DNA of 39,583 nt from Leptolyngbyaceae cyanobacterium (GCA_050331235.1 JBHJHA010000061.1:1-39583); one strand, 5' to 3'; positions 1 through 10,647 are shown, counted from the first letter of the stretch. Program-made: numbers and translations. Notes: generated by a model from the letters alone, not told the origin.

Positions 1-77
1 GGTCGCTTCACCAACTGCTCGAGTTCATGGCGTTCGGTTTCGCTCACAATGAGGGCGGGCAGGGCGCGACCAGGCAT
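1..77 (-). CDS. IS630-family transposase, N-terminal fragment (truncated by the window edge)
   Basis: Not in the ORF track. ATG at 77 gives MPGRALPALIVSETERHELEQLVKR..., resembling the 'L/VS-ExER-xELExLV' start of IS630 helix-turn-helix transposases. Confidence 0.7.
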   Translation of the reverse strand, partial: MPGRALPALIVSETERHELEQLVKR

Positions 78-138
78 CAGACTCAGGCCTCTAAAACTGA
101 CTCCTTAAGGGTATCTGCATTTCCGCCATGCGGTACTA
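1..138 (-). mobile_element. Left end of an IS630-family insertion sequence (continues beyond the window start)
   Basis: The minus strand reads CTAGTACCGCATGGCGGAAAT..., a TA/CTAG-bounded end typical of IS630 elements. An ORF with an IS630-type N-terminus follows about 60 bp later. Confidence 0.7.
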
Positions 139-139
139 G

Positions 140-1264
140 CTAGGATGGAGCCCCAATTCCCTGTTGTTTGAGAAAGTCGTCGATGGTTTTAGTCCACCGA
201 GGCTGATCAACAGTGACCAGTAAACTGTGCCCCGCATTGGGAAAAACATCCAATTGCTTAGGACCCTGCAGGTTTTGGTAGAGGGACTTGATTTCCTCCA
301 AGGTTGTCCAGCGGTCTTTTTCACCGTGGAGAATCAGCGTCGGGGTCGAGACCGATTTGGCATAGTGAGCCGGATTGTGGGAAAACGCGTTGTAGCCATG
401 CTGGATGCTCCCCCAAAAGACGAGCAGTTCCGCAATACCGGCCGTGGGGAAACCCTGGGCCCGCATCCGAGTTTTCACCGCCGGCATGAAATAAGCAAAG
501 GGCATTTCTAGAACGGCGGCATCGGCCTGTAACCCTGCATCAATCGCCTTGAGGATGGCGGCACTCCCCGCCGAGACCCCGTACAGCACATAGGGCCTGG
601 GTAAACCAATCTGCTCGGCATGGGCCACTGCATAGGCGACGTCTTCGGCTTCACGCATCCCGATGGTGGTGCTGTTGCCACTAGAGCCTCCCTGACCACG
701 AAAGTCAACCATCAGGGCTTGGTAACCCAAACGATTGAATACGCTCGTCGGCAGCATGAGCTGATGCGCTTTGTTGCCCCCATTTCCCGGAAACAGCAGC
801 ACTGTACCATTGGCTTCACCATAGTAGGGAATGCGCCAAGCTTCCAGCCACTCAGTTTCACCGATCGCGATGCGTTCGGTGGCGTAATCAAGCCCGAAGT
901 CGGCCGGTTTACGGGCATTTTCTGGCTTAGGAGCGAAGGCTAAACCTGGCAGCACTGAATCGTTGAAATGGGTCAGGGTGTAAGCCCCAAAAAAGGCTAG
1001 GCCATTGACCAAAAATAGCAGGACTCCGAGAAAGAAAAGAATGTAAATGCGACTTTTACGGCTCAGCAAGCCCGCCGTGATGAAAGCGACTAAGCCGATG
1101 CCCGCTAACCACAAGGCAACAGAAATTAGGGGTAGCCGGAGCAGTAGAGCTTGACCATCGGGGCTGCCCCAGAGCAAAAATAACAGACCCAGCACTAAAA
1201 CGCCCCAGGCAAAAAAGCCAATCTGTAGTAAGACCAATCGGGTTTTAGAACGAGAGCGAATCAT
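140..1264 (-). CDS. Membrane-anchored alpha/beta-fold hydrolase
   Basis: About 3 N-terminal hydrophobic segments, DFRGQGGS, nucleophile GVSAG, acid in HGEKD and His in AGHS. Confidence 0.88.
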   Translation of the reverse strand: MIRSRSKTRLVLLQIGFFAWGVLVLGLLFLLWGSPDGQALLLRLPLISVALWLAGIGLVAFITAGLLSRKSRIYILFFLGVLLFLVNGLAFFGAYTLTHFNDSVLPGLAFAPKPENARKPADFGLDYATERIAIGETEWLEAWRIPYYGEANGTVLLFPGNGGNKAHQLMLPTSVFNRLGYQALMVDFRGQGGSSGNSTTIGMREAEDVAYAVAHAEQIGLPRPYVLYGVSAGSAAILKAIDAGLQADAAVLEMPFAYFMPAVKTRMRAQGFPTAGIAELLVFWGSIQHGYNAFSHNPAHYAKSVSTPTLILHGEKDRWTTLEEIKSLYQNLQGPKQLDVFPNAGHSLLVTVDQPRWTKTIDDFLKQQGIGAPS

Positions 1265-1284
1265 GGCACCACAAGCTGGGAAAA

Positions 1285-3696
1285 TTAGACTGATTCTAAA
1301 CGCTGGGCCTTGAGCAATAGGGAGTTGACCACTACCGTCACGGAGCTAAAGGCCATCAGCCCACCCGCGACGGCCGGGCTGAGACTGACACCGTAGGCCG
1401 GGAGAAATAATCCGGCTGCTGCTGGAATGCCAATCAGGTTATAGGCAAAGGCCCAGGCCAGATTTTGCCGAATTTTAGCAACTGTTTTCTGACCTAAACG
1501 CAAAGATTCTAAAATTCCCGTCAGGCGATCGCCTATCAAGACCACGCTGGCTGACTCGGCGGCGATATCCGTACCGGAGCTGAGACTGATACCGACGTCC
1601 GCCTGGGCCAAGGCAGGAGCATCATTGATCCCGTCGCCTACCAAGGCCACCCGCTGACCAGCAGCTTGGAGGTCAGCGATCACCTGAGCTTTTGCCGCTG
1701 GCAACACGCCGGAACGCACCTGGGAGGCCGGAATACCCACTTCAGCCGCGATCGCCTCAGCGACAGCGGCACGATCGCCCGTCAGCAAATGAACTGTGAT
1801 GCCCTGGGCTTGTAACTCAGCGATGGTGGTAGCGGCATCAGGCCGCACACGATCGGCCACGGTAATCAGTCCCATCACCTGCTGGTCGATAGCGACATAC
1901 ACCGTGGTCTGGCCGGACTGGCGGGTTGCTAAGCCCGCCATTGTCGCTGCCGCTGGCGAGATGCCCTGCTGGGTGAGCCATTGCTCATTGCCTAGACAGA
2001 TGGACCGGGTTTGATCTTGCCACGTGACCGTTGCGGCAATGCCGAGCCCAGCGGCCGTTTGAAAGTCCCGGGCTGGGGGCAGCTCTAATTGTGCATCGGT
2101 GGCGGCTTGTTGGATGGCGATCGCGAGGGGATGCTGAGTACCACTCTCAACCGCGGCTGCCAGGCTAAGCAAATCTTGGGTAGAAAGCTGGCCATCGAGC
2201 ACCTGGCAATCCGTAACCTGTGGCTGCCCCTGGGTCAGGGTCCCGGTTTTATCAAAGACGACCGTGTCAATTTTGCTGAGGGTTTCCAGCACATCGCCGC
2301 CACGCATCAGTAGCCCCCGCTCGGCCCCCATGCCTGAGCCCACCAAAATTGCCGAAGGCGTTGCCAAGCCCAAGGCACAGGGACAAGCGATGACCAGAAC
2401 GGCGATCGCCAGCTTGAGGCTGACCAGCAGCATGGAAGATTGTAGAGTCATCGTATGGTCAGCGTGGACGGCACCTAGGGCACTCTCCATCACCGCTGGC
2501 CAACGAGACAAGCCAAAGAAGTACCAAAACGCAAACGTCAGCGTTGCTAGGGTCAACACGCCGTAGGTGAAATAGCCGGAAATAATATCGGCGAGCCGCT
2601 GAATGGGGGCCTTGCGGGCCTGGGCTGCCTCGACCAGATGAATCATCTGGGCTAGAACGGTTTCGGTGCCGGTCTCGGTCACCTTGAGGGCGATCGCTCC
2701 GGTTTGGTTGAGCGTACCAGCCACAACCGGATCGCCCGGTTGCTTTTCTGCCGGCAGGGACTCCCCCGTCAGCATTGACTCATTGACAGTAGTTTGCCCC
2801 GTTTCGATCACCCCATCAGCGGGAATCGTCTCTCCCGGCAAGACCCGGAGCCATTCACCGGACTGCACAGCACTTACCGGAATCTCGACGCCTCCCTGAA
2901 TATCGCCATTGGCCTGGGGCATGCCGATCAGCCGGGCCGTTTGAGGCTGCAGCTCAATGAGCGATCGCAGGGCATCGGTAGCCTGAAACCGGGCTCGCTG
3001 CTCGAGGGTGCGCCCTAGCAAAATGAAGCTCAGCAGCATTACCGGTTCGTCAAAAAAGCACTCCCAGCCCAGCCCTGGAAACAGCATTGCCACCACGCTA
3101 GCGCCATAGGCACTGAGCGCCCCCAAAGCGACCAGGGTGTTCATGTTTGGGTTGCCGTGGCGCAACCCCTGCCAGCCGTCAACCAAAATTTGCCGGGCTG
3201 GCCAAATTAATGTCGCCGATGCCAAGGCAAAATGGAACCACAAACTGCTCAAGATCGGCACCGTCACCCAGCCAAAATGATGCAAGTGGCCAATCGTCGA
3301 TAGGACCAACAGTCCCAGGGCAATCGCTAGTCGACCAGCCTGAGCTTGATTTTCTTGTTGCTTACGGTGGAGCCAGTCAGTGAGTCCGATATCGGCTGCG
3401 TCTCCATCGGAGGACTGCCGTAGCTGTGAGGGAAAGCCATTTTGCGTCAAACGGTCCGTCAAAGTTTCGACATCTACCGTTGCACCGGGGATCGCTTCTA
3501 CCACCGCAACTTCGGTCACAAGATTGACGCTGGCCCGCTGCACCGATTCATGGGCAGCGAGCTGTCTTTCCACCGCCCGCACACAACTAGCACACTTCAT
3601 CCCGCCGACATCGATCACATAGGTATGACCTGAAGGGTGAGCGGCGATCGCCTCTTGCGGAGGGGCCACCGAAGATTGAGGCGCAGTTTTAACCAT
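1285..3696 (-). CDS. ctaA: Copper-translocating P1B-type ATPase (CtaA-like)
   Basis: HMA motif GMKCASC, TGES, membrane CPC, phosphorylation site DKTGT, HP, GDGIND, and the YN...MAFSS Cu(I)-type signature. CtaA rather than PacS is a less certain call. Confidence 0.88.
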   Translation of the reverse strand: MVKTAPQSSVAPPQEAIAAHPSGHTYVIDVGGMKCASCVRAVERQLAAHESVQRASVNLVTEVAVVEAIPGATVDVETLTDRLTQNGFPSQLRQSSDGDAADIGLTDWLHRKQQENQAQAGRLAIALGLLVLSTIGHLHHFGWVTVPILSSLWFHFALASATLIWPARQILVDGWQGLRHGNPNMNTLVALGALSAYGASVVAMLFPGLGWECFFDEPVMLLSFILLGRTLEQRARFQATDALRSLIELQPQTARLIGMPQANGDIQGGVEIPVSAVQSGEWLRVLPGETIPADGVIETGQTTVNESMLTGESLPAEKQPGDPVVAGTLNQTGAIALKVTETGTETVLAQMIHLVEAAQARKAPIQRLADIISGYFTYGVLTLATLTFAFWYFFGLSRWPAVMESALGAVHADHTMTLQSSMLLVSLKLAIAVLVIACPCALGLATPSAILVGSGMGAERGLLMRGGDVLETLSKIDTVVFDKTGTLTQGQPQVTDCQVLDGQLSTQDLLSLAAAVESGTQHPLAIAIQQAATDAQLELPPARDFQTAAGLGIAATVTWQDQTRSICLGNEQWLTQQGISPAAATMAGLATRQSGQTTVYVAIDQQVMGLITVADRVRPDAATTIAELQAQGITVHLLTGDRAAVAEAIAAEVGIPASQVRSGVLPAAKAQVIADLQAAGQRVALVGDGINDAPALAQADVGISLSSGTDIAAESASVVLIGDRLTGILESLRLGQKTVAKIRQNLAWAFAYNLIGIPAAAGLFLPAYGVSLSPAVAGGLMAFSSVTVVVNSLLLKAQRLESV

Positions 3697-3894
3697 GGGC
3701 GGAGAAAAATAATCTGTCTCTATACTATTGAGCCTAAGGTCGCTCGTTAGAAAACATGGCGAATTATAGAGTTTGTTTGCATTTTCGCAACCTTGAGGGA
3801 CTGCTTACCCCTGTCAAAATTGCTCGCCACCAGCCTGAAATAGGGTAGGGCGCTATGGTACTCATGAAGAAATCGATGTTTGGCTAGGAGCAGC

Positions 3895-4518
3895 ATGAGC
3901 GCATCGCCAGAGTTTGCCCGCTTTTCCCCCACAATCTATGCCGATGTGCTCGGGTCGCCCCAGGTCATCAGGGGCAACATTCGCGCCATGTGGCCGGCAA
4001 TGCCGCGGATCGCCGGCCCCGCTTACCCAGTCCAATGTCCGCCTGGAGATAACTTGATGCTGCACGCCGCGATTTACCGCGCGGCCCCCGGAGACATCAT
4101 TGTGGTGCAGGCCGGAGACTGCGACTATGCCCTCTCCGGGGGCAATGTTTGTATGACGGCTCAGCAACGGGGCATAACTGGCTTCGTCTGTGCAGGCGTC
4201 ATTCGGGATGTTGCTGAGGTGCGGGCGGCGAAGTTTCCAGTATTTGCCCAGGGGGTGGTGCCGGTACCCGGCAACAAGCAGGCCCTAGGGTTGCTCAATC
4301 AGCCAATATGGTGTGGCGGTGTGACCGTACATCCGGGAGACATCGTAATTGCGGATGAAGATGGAATTGTGGTGATTCCAGTTGAGCAGAGCGAAACGAT
4401 TTGGATCCAGGCTCAACGGCGAGCCATGCAGGAAAATCAACAAGCCTTGGCTGACTGGCAGGCCAGCCACCGAGCCAAAATTGACCGTACTCTGCAGGAT
4501 CTTGGATTTACAGAGTAA
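3895..4518 (+). CDS. RraA-family protein (HMG aldolase/oxaloacetate decarboxylase-like)
   Basis: GDNL, GG-N, G-IRD and V-PGD-VIADEDG motifs. AGGAG RBS at 3886-3890 precedes ATG 3895. Confidence 0.88.
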   Translation: MSASPEFARFSPTIYADVLGSPQVIRGNIRAMWPAMPRIAGPAYPVQCPPGDNLMLHAAIYRAAPGDIIVVQAGDCDYALSGGNVCMTAQQRGITGFVCAGVIRDVAEVRAAKFPVFAQGVVPVPGNKQALGLLNQPIWCGGVTVHPGDIVIADEDGIVVIPVEQSETIWIQAQRRAMQENQQALADWQASHRAKIDRTLQDLGFTE

Positions 4519-4587
4519 TTAGCGTTGACTCACCACCCACCCTATTGTCATCGCGGTACCAGTAGCCTGAATGAAGCTGTTCGAAAC

Positions 4588-7014
4588 CTAGCGGGGAATC
4601 TGAATGCAAAATTCTGCGCCTTTACCAGCTTCAGAGGCAATGGATAGCTGACCACCGTGCTTTTCGGTCACGATTTGATGACTGATCGATAATCCCAGAC
4701 CAGTGCCTTTACCGATGGGTTTAGTGGTAAAAAAGGGGTCGAACAGTTTTTGACGGTGCTTCTCTGGGATGCCGGGACCGTTGTCGCTAATGCGAACTAT
4801 AAACTCACCTGGACGGGCTTGGGTTTTAATCGTGATCGCAGCAGGGAACAATTTGTGCGCGCGATCGCCCGACAAAATCTCTTGCTCTAAGGCATCAATC
4901 CCATTACTGAGAATATTCATAAAAACTTGATTGAGCTGGCCAGGGTAACACTCGACGAGGGGTAAATCGCCGTATTCTTTAACTACCTCAATTTGCGGTC
5001 GTTCGGGTTTGGCCTTAAAGCGGTGATGCAAGATTAGTAGTGTACTGTCGATACCTTCATGCAAATCAGTGGCTTTTTTGTCCACTTCATCCAAGCGGGA
5101 AAAAGTCCGCAGTGAGGCCACGATTTGTTGAATTCGCTGACTCCCGAGTCGAAAAGAATGCAGAATCTTGTTCAGATCTGCGAGGAGGTAATCAAGGTCA
5201 ATGTCTTCGATGCGGTCAGCGATTTCAGGATTGGGGTTGGGATAATGCTGTCGATAAAGCGTCAGCAGATCGGTAAGGTCGTCTAAATATTCGGTGATGT
5301 GGGGAATGTTGCCATAAATAAAGTTAACCGGATTGTTGATCTCATGGGCAATGCCGGCCACCATTTGCCCCAGACCAGACATCTTTTCGGTTTGTACGAG
5401 TTGAGTTTGGGTTTGCTGCAGCGTTTGCAACATGGTTTGCAACTCATTTGCTCGGCGCTGAGCTAGCTCTGCACTTTCCATTGCCTGCGCGTATAGCTCA
5501 GCCTGCTGAATCGCAATACTCACCTGGAGCGAGAGAGCCTTGAGCAGCTCGATTTCGCCAGTCTGCCACTCTCGAGGGCCGGAGCACTGTTGGGCAATCA
5601 GCAGACCCCAGACTTTTTCTTGGATGAGGATGGGGACGATCGCGTTGGAGCGAACTTGAATGCTGCGGAGAAAGTCACGGTGACAATCATCGAGCCCTTC
5701 GTCGGTTTCGATGTCCGTGATGGTCCGGATTCTCCCTGCGAGATACTTGGCTCCATGGTCTTCGGGAAAGCAGTTATCGCGGCTCTCCTCCCGAATGAGG
5801 GGGCGCCACGGCGCTATAACAGACTCAGTGACCACTTCGCCAACCCAATTTTCGCCAAATCGATAGATGACAACACGGTCAGCATTAAAGAGTTGACGGA
5901 CCTCGTGGACAGTTCGCTGCTGAATGACGTCCAACGAGAGGGATTGACGAATCTGATTAAAAATTTGGTTGAGTAGTTCCTCCTGTTTTGCCAGGTTGCG
6001 ATAGGTCTCTTCCGATTCTTTTAGGAGGTCTTCGCCCCGCTTGCGCTCAGTAATATCTTCGATAGTGCCGAGGATTCCCACGACGTTGCCTTGAGCATCG
6101 TGGATCGGCAATTTACTGGTTTCTCGCCAAGTCAGGTGACCATCGGCCTGGAGTTGAGATTCTTTAATGCGAAGCATGGGGGTGTCGCTTTCCATCACCC
6201 GGCGATCGCATTGCAAATACCACTCGACTTCTTCTTCACTCCAGGGCAGGTCAGCATCCGTTAGGCCCACCACCTGATTGGGATGACTCAAGCCGGCCAT
6301 TTCTGCCCAGCGTTGATTACAGCCGAGATATACCGAGTTGTAATCTTTCCAAAAAATATACTGGGGAATGTTGTCCAGTACGAGCTGCATCAATTCGGCT
6401 GACTGGTGAACCAAGCTGCCCGATAAAGGCGAGTTCACAGCCTTATATAGAGATGTGGGCTCAGGGGCGATCGCCAACCCCGCATCATCACTTCCAGATG
6501 AGGCTACTTGCTGCGGCATTTCTGCACCTACGATGGCGTCAGGATAATTGACCAGTTGTGCCTTCGTGAGGGATTTGGGGGCTTTGTCGTGGATGGCCTC
6601 AGCAGATACCACCCGACCGATACTGACAATTTGGCTAATGGCCTCACCGTTGGTTTTGATCGGGGTGTAGGTGACCTCACAAAATTGAGGATCCCCTGCC
6701 AGTTCAGCTGGCAGGGGATGAATCCGGCATTCAGCCCGCCCGGTCTGGACAACAGTGGTCAAGGCATCAGCAACTTGCTGCCAATACTTGCACCAGGCTT
6801 TGGGATAGGCTGTTTGGTGAGCTTGCTGGGCCAGGTCGGTATTGGTCTGCTCCAACCACGGTAGCTGGCTAGCGCTGAGGAAGGCGGCTAGCCCCTGACT
6901 CACCCACTGATAGCGATGTTGTTGATCAAATAGTGCGATCCAGTCTGGCGAGTGATCCATCAGTTGAATCAGCGCATTGTTGGAATCAGCCAAAGCAGCG
7001 GCGGCGACATCCAT
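4588..7014 (-). CDS. PAS-PAS-GAF(DXCF cyanobacteriochrome)-HisKA-HATPase sensor histidine kinase
   Basis: PAS (IFWKD...YLGCN...GILGTIEDITERK), GAF (ADRVVIYRF, DNCF, CH, WGLLIAQQC), H-box IAHEINNP, and N/G boxes (NGID, DNGPGI, FFTTK, GTGLGL). Confidence 0.92.
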   Translation of the reverse strand: MDVAAAALADSNNALIQLMDHSPDWIALFDQQHRYQWVSQGLAAFLSASQLPWLEQTNTDLAQQAHQTAYPKAWCKYWQQVADALTTVVQTGRAECRIHPLPAELAGDPQFCEVTYTPIKTNGEAISQIVSIGRVVSAEAIHDKAPKSLTKAQLVNYPDAIVGAEMPQQVASSGSDDAGLAIAPEPTSLYKAVNSPLSGSLVHQSAELMQLVLDNIPQYIFWKDYNSVYLGCNQRWAEMAGLSHPNQVVGLTDADLPWSEEEVEWYLQCDRRVMESDTPMLRIKESQLQADGHLTWRETSKLPIHDAQGNVVGILGTIEDITERKRGEDLLKESEETYRNLAKQEELLNQIFNQIRQSLSLDVIQQRTVHEVRQLFNADRVVIYRFGENWVGEVVTESVIAPWRPLIREESRDNCFPEDHGAKYLAGRIRTITDIETDEGLDDCHRDFLRSIQVRSNAIVPILIQEKVWGLLIAQQCSGPREWQTGEIELLKALSLQVSIAIQQAELYAQAMESAELAQRRANELQTMLQTLQQTQTQLVQTEKMSGLGQMVAGIAHEINNPVNFIYGNIPHITEYLDDLTDLLTLYRQHYPNPNPEIADRIEDIDLDYLLADLNKILHSFRLGSQRIQQIVASLRTFSRLDEVDKKATDLHEGIDSTLLILHHRFKAKPERPQIEVVKEYGDLPLVECYPGQLNQVFMNILSNGIDALEQEILSGDRAHKLFPAAITIKTQARPGEFIVRISDNGPGIPEKHRQKLFDPFFTTKPIGKGTGLGLSISHQIVTEKHGGQLSIASEAGKGAEFCIQIPR

Positions 7015-7377
7015 AGAAAACTGGCCAGTAGTAATGGTTACAAGGGACGACTTTGTGGCTAGGATACCCAGCCCAGAGTCAGTTGCAACGACAGCAGACG
7101 GGAGCCGATTGAAGGGCGTTCGCCGCCGGAGATCGCACTATATAAGCCTGAGAAAATAGCCTCGTGCAGATTGATAGAGTGCCTGGAACTCAGTACTCAG
7201 CACCTTACCCCCCAATCAACTTGAATGCTGGCTATGCAGCAAAGATCAAAGCAGGAGCACTGCATCAACCACATGACTCTAAAACGTTGCTGCCGTCAGG
7301 CTTTAAGCTGGGGACACTGAGAGCTAATGATGTTTACTCAGTCAAGCTCGAGCTCATTGAGTGATTTGAGGGCTGCC

Positions 7378-8238
7378 GTGAGTTTTTTACACACGCTGTT
7401 GGCTATTTTGGCAGCCCTGTTCTGGGGCTTTACCTTTGTTGCGATCCAAGTGGGACTGGGCGAATTTCCGCCGCTGTTGTTTGCTGCCCTGCGGTTTGTG
7501 GTGGTGGCATTTCCGGCAGTCCTCTGGGTTCCACGAGGGGGCATACCTTGGCGATGGATTGTGGCGGTGGGATTAACGATGGGGGTCTTACAGTTTGGAC
7601 TCCTCTACATCGGCATGGCGCGGGGAATGCCAGCGGGATTATCATCCCTGGTGGTGCAATCTCAGGCGCTGTTCACCCTACTTTTTTCGACGTGGATTTT
7701 GGGCGACGTGCCCCGCCGCTGGCAGTGGCTTGGAGTCGGCCTAGCGCTCTCAGGCATGGTGACGATTGGTCTAGCACGAAGCGGTGGTCCGGCCTTGGTT
7801 GGTCTGGCGTTTGTGATTGGTTCAGCTATCTCCTGGGCAGGGGGCAACATTTGCCTCAAACTCGCTCAGGTCAAAAACGGCTTTCGGCTGCTGGTGTGGG
7901 CAGCTCTCATTCCACCGTTACCGCTACTCGGCCTCTCCGCTTGGCTCGAAACAGGACAGTGGGTAGCAGTGCGATCGCTGACACCCCTGGGGGTAGGCGC
8001 AATTTTATATACGGGTCTGATTTCGTCGCTGCTCTGCTTTGGCTTCTGGGCCTTTCTGGTGCAGCACTATTCACCCAATCGGGTAGCCCCCTTCTCCCTC
8101 TTAGTGCCGATCTTTGGCATGGGATTCGCGGGAGCGCTTCTCGGCGATAGCCTCAGCCAGCTAGAGCTGCTGGGCTCACTACTCGTATTTTTGGGGCTAG
8201 GCTGCACTCTGCTCACCCCTAATCGAGCATCGTCTTAA
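7378..8238 (+). CDS. EamA/DMT-family transporter
   Basis: About 10 hydrophobic helices with WG-F-AI...PPLLFAALRF and GMPAGLSSLVVQSQ. GTG start at 7378 is likely (ORF track opens at 7327). Confidence 0.88.
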   Translation: MSFLHTLLAILAALFWGFTFVAIQVGLGEFPPLLFAALRFVVVAFPAVLWVPRGGIPWRWIVAVGLTMGVLQFGLLYIGMARGMPAGLSSLVVQSQALFTLLFSTWILGDVPRRWQWLGVGLALSGMVTIGLARSGGPALVGLAFVIGSAISWAGGNICLKLAQVKNGFRLLVWAALIPPLPLLGLSAWLETGQWVAVRSLTPLGVGAILYTGLISSLLCFGFWAFLVQHYSPNRVAPFSLLVPIFGMGFAGALLGDSLSQLELLGSLLVFLGLGCTLLTPNRASS

Positions 8239-8281
8239 TCAGCCCCCTGCTTAAAAGAGCGTATGGGGTCAGCCGCCCAAG

Positions 8282-8995
8282 TCAATCATCGTCACCAGCG
8301 ATTCGGGGTCTTTCTACTTCACGGGTACCAGCAATTTTAGGTCGGCCACTGGGCGTTGTTTGAGGGGTCGCTGCGCCACTGGTTGTCGACTGCGTTGGGG
8401 TCGCATTATCGCTGGCACCCTCGGCAGCGTTGCTGGACTCGCCTGCCGGGTTTGATACGGTAGCGGCGGGGGCGATCGCTTCCCTGACTTCATACCAGTT
8501 AAGATTGCCCTCGGGGTCAATTTTAACCAAGAGCGCGGTCACCTGTGCCTGTCCCGTGTTAACGCCACCAATGACCTCGCACTCAAATTCCTCGCCCGGT
8601 TGATTCAGCCGATATAAGTCGCCACAATTCAGGGTCGCCCGTTTAGAAAAGGCCTTAGCAAACTCTCGCTGCAGTCGCTCCTCAACCTTGGCAATATTCA
8701 AGATCACTTCAGAGTTGGGGACATCCCACTCAATACTGCCCTGGGAGTCGAGTTGCACAACATTGATGGTGAATTCGCCCTCGGGCCGTAGATAGCCAAC
8801 GCAGCGAAAATAGGCCCCCGACTGCCGCGGAATATCCGCCGGACAGCGAACCTCAGCCAGGGAAAGGCGGCGACTCTGGCTTTCAATCTCGGATTCGATT
8901 TCTTGCTCAATGGCGGTAGTGTTTAGCTGGTTAAAGCAGCTTGTCAGCGTTAGCAGACTGCCGCCTAGTAACCCCACGCGCAAAAATGACCGCAT
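8282..8995 (-). CDS. Lipoprotein with two DUF4333-like Cys-pair repeats and a low-complexity tail
   Basis: Lipobox LTSC, repeats CPADIPRQSGAYFRC and CGDLYRLNQPGEEFEC, and an Ala/Thr/Pro-rich C-terminus. Confidence 0.72.
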   Translation of the reverse strand: MRSFLRVGLLGGSLLTLTSCFNQLNTTAIEQEIESEIESQSRRLSLAEVRCPADIPRQSGAYFRCVGYLRPEGEFTINVVQLDSQGSIEWDVPNSEVILNIAKVEERLQREFAKAFSKRATLNCGDLYRLNQPGEEFECEVIGGVNTGQAQVTALLVKIDPEGNLNWYEVREAIAPAATVSNPAGESSNAAEGASDNATPTQSTTSGAATPQTTPSGRPKIAGTREVERPRIAGDDD

Positions 8996-9135
8996 CGCTT
9001 TTCGTTGCCTAATCTTGCTCCCCTTAACTATACGCAGTCACCACCCAAAACGTGTAAAGACGGCTTTAACAGATGATCCTAGGGAACCCCCGATTTCCTC
9101 CATAATGAAAGGGATAGCTTCATATTTCTTAAATC

Positions 9136-10647
9136 ATGGCCAAAGATCTCCAGGCATTTATCAAGCAAATTGAAGAGCGGGGACAACTGCGACGCATCAC
9201 AGCGTCCGTGGATCCCGAGTTGGAAGTTGCTGAAATTGCCAATCGTCTGCTGCTTTCTGGGGGGCCAGCTCTACTGTTTGAAAATGTCAAAGGCTCAAAC
9301 ATGCCGTTGGCGATCAACGTACTCGGTACCTTAGAGCGAGTGTGTTGGAGCTTTGGTCTGGAAGTCCCTGAGGAATTGGAAGCGATTGGGGAGAAGCTCG
9401 CCCTGCTGTACCAGCCGCGCCCGCCTAAAAAGTTTTCCCAAGCGGTGGAAATGGGGAAAGCCCTCTTTGATGTGGTTAAAGCGAAGCCCGATCGCGATCT
9501 ATTCCCCCCCTGTCATCAGGTAGTGCTAAAAGGGGACGAGGTTGATCTGACCAAGCTGCCTCTGTTGCGGGTCTATGCTGACGATGCGGGCAAGGTGATC
9601 ACCCTCGGGCTGATGGTGACCAAAGACCCCGAAAGCAAAATTCCAAACGTAGGGGTTTATCGGCTCCAACTCCAGTCGAAAAATACGGCTACTGTGCAAT
9701 GGTTATCAGTCAGGGGGCCAAGTCGACATCTCCGTAAAGCCGCCGAACGGGGGGAAAAGTTAGAGGTCGCCGTGGCGATCGGGGTAGACCCATTGCTGAT
9801 TTTGGCCGCCGCGACGCCGCTGCCCATTGACCTTTCTGAGTGGCTCTTTGCCGGTCTCTACAGCGGCCAAGGGGTCAACCTAGCGAAGTGCAAAACGGTT
9901 GATCTAGAAGTGCCAGCCCTGTCTGAGATTGTGCTAGAAGGCACCATTAGCCCCGGAGAAACCGATATTGACGGCCCAGCAGGGGATCACATTGGCTATT
10001 ACGGTCCTCAACGAGACAATGCTCCGCTGCTGCGCTTTCACTGCATGACTCACCGCAAAAAGCCCATTTATATGACGGCATTTAGCGGTCGCCCACCAAA
10101 GGAAGACGCGATGATGGCCCTCGCTTTGAACCGCATCTACACCCCCATTTTGCGGATGCAGGTGCCGGAAATCATGGATTTCTTTTTGCCGATGGAAGGG
10201 TTGAGCTATAAGGCAGCCGTCATTTCCATCGACAAGAGCTATCCTGGCCAAGCACGGCGAGCGGCTTTCGCCTTTTGGACGGCGCTGCCCCAATTTACTT
10301 ACACTAAATTTGTCGTGGTGGTCGATAAATCCATCAATATCCGCGATCCGCGACAGGTAATGTGGGCCGTCACCTCTAAAGTTGACCCAGCTAGGGACGT
10401 CTTCATCCTGCCGGAGAATCCGTTCGATCGCCTCGACTTTGCCACCGAAAAGCCTGGACTCGGCAGCCGCATGGGCATTGACGCCACCACTAAGGTTTAT
10501 CCGGAGACTGATCGTCCCTGGAGCGACGAGCTAGTTTCTGACCCAGAGACCGCTGCCCTGGTCGACCAACGCTGGGCGGAGTATGGGTTGGGCGACCTCA
10601 ACCTTAAGGACGTCAATCCTAACTTATTTGGCTACGACATCCACTAG
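9136..10647 (+). CDS. ubiD: UbiD-family prFMN-dependent decarboxylase
   Basis: GPALLFENVKG, NVGVYRLQ, GDH-GYY, GRPPKE, KFVVVVD and MGIDAT motifs; 503 aa. Confidence 0.92.
   Translation: MAKDLQAFIKQIEERGQLRRITASVDPELEVAEIANRLLLSGGPALLFENVKGSNMPLAINVLGTLERVCWSFGLEVPEELEAIGEKLALLYQPRPPKKFSQAVEMGKALFDVVKAKPDRDLFPPCHQVVLKGDEVDLTKLPLLRVYADDAGKVITLGLMVTKDPESKIPNVGVYRLQLQSKNTATVQWLSVRGPSRHLRKAAERGEKLEVAVAIGVDPLLILAAATPLPIDLSEWLFAGLYSGQGVNLAKCKTVDLEVPALSEIVLEGTISPGETDIDGPAGDHIGYYGPQRDNAPLLRFHCMTHRKKPIYMTAFSGRPPKEDAMMALALNRIYTPILRMQVPEIMDFFLPMEGLSYKAAVISIDKSYPGQARRAAFAFWTALPQFTYTKFVVVVDKSINIRDPRQVMWAVTSKVDPARDVFILPENPFDRLDFATEKPGLGSRMGIDATTKVYPETDRPWSDELVSDPETAALVDQRWAEYGLGDLNLKDVNPNLFGYDIH

Noticed and set aside
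7548..8150. 200-aa alternative-frame ORF and the many other short overlapping or antisense ORFs in the track
   Set aside because: They lie within well-supported genes and have no domain signal; they are shadow ORFs expected at this GC content.
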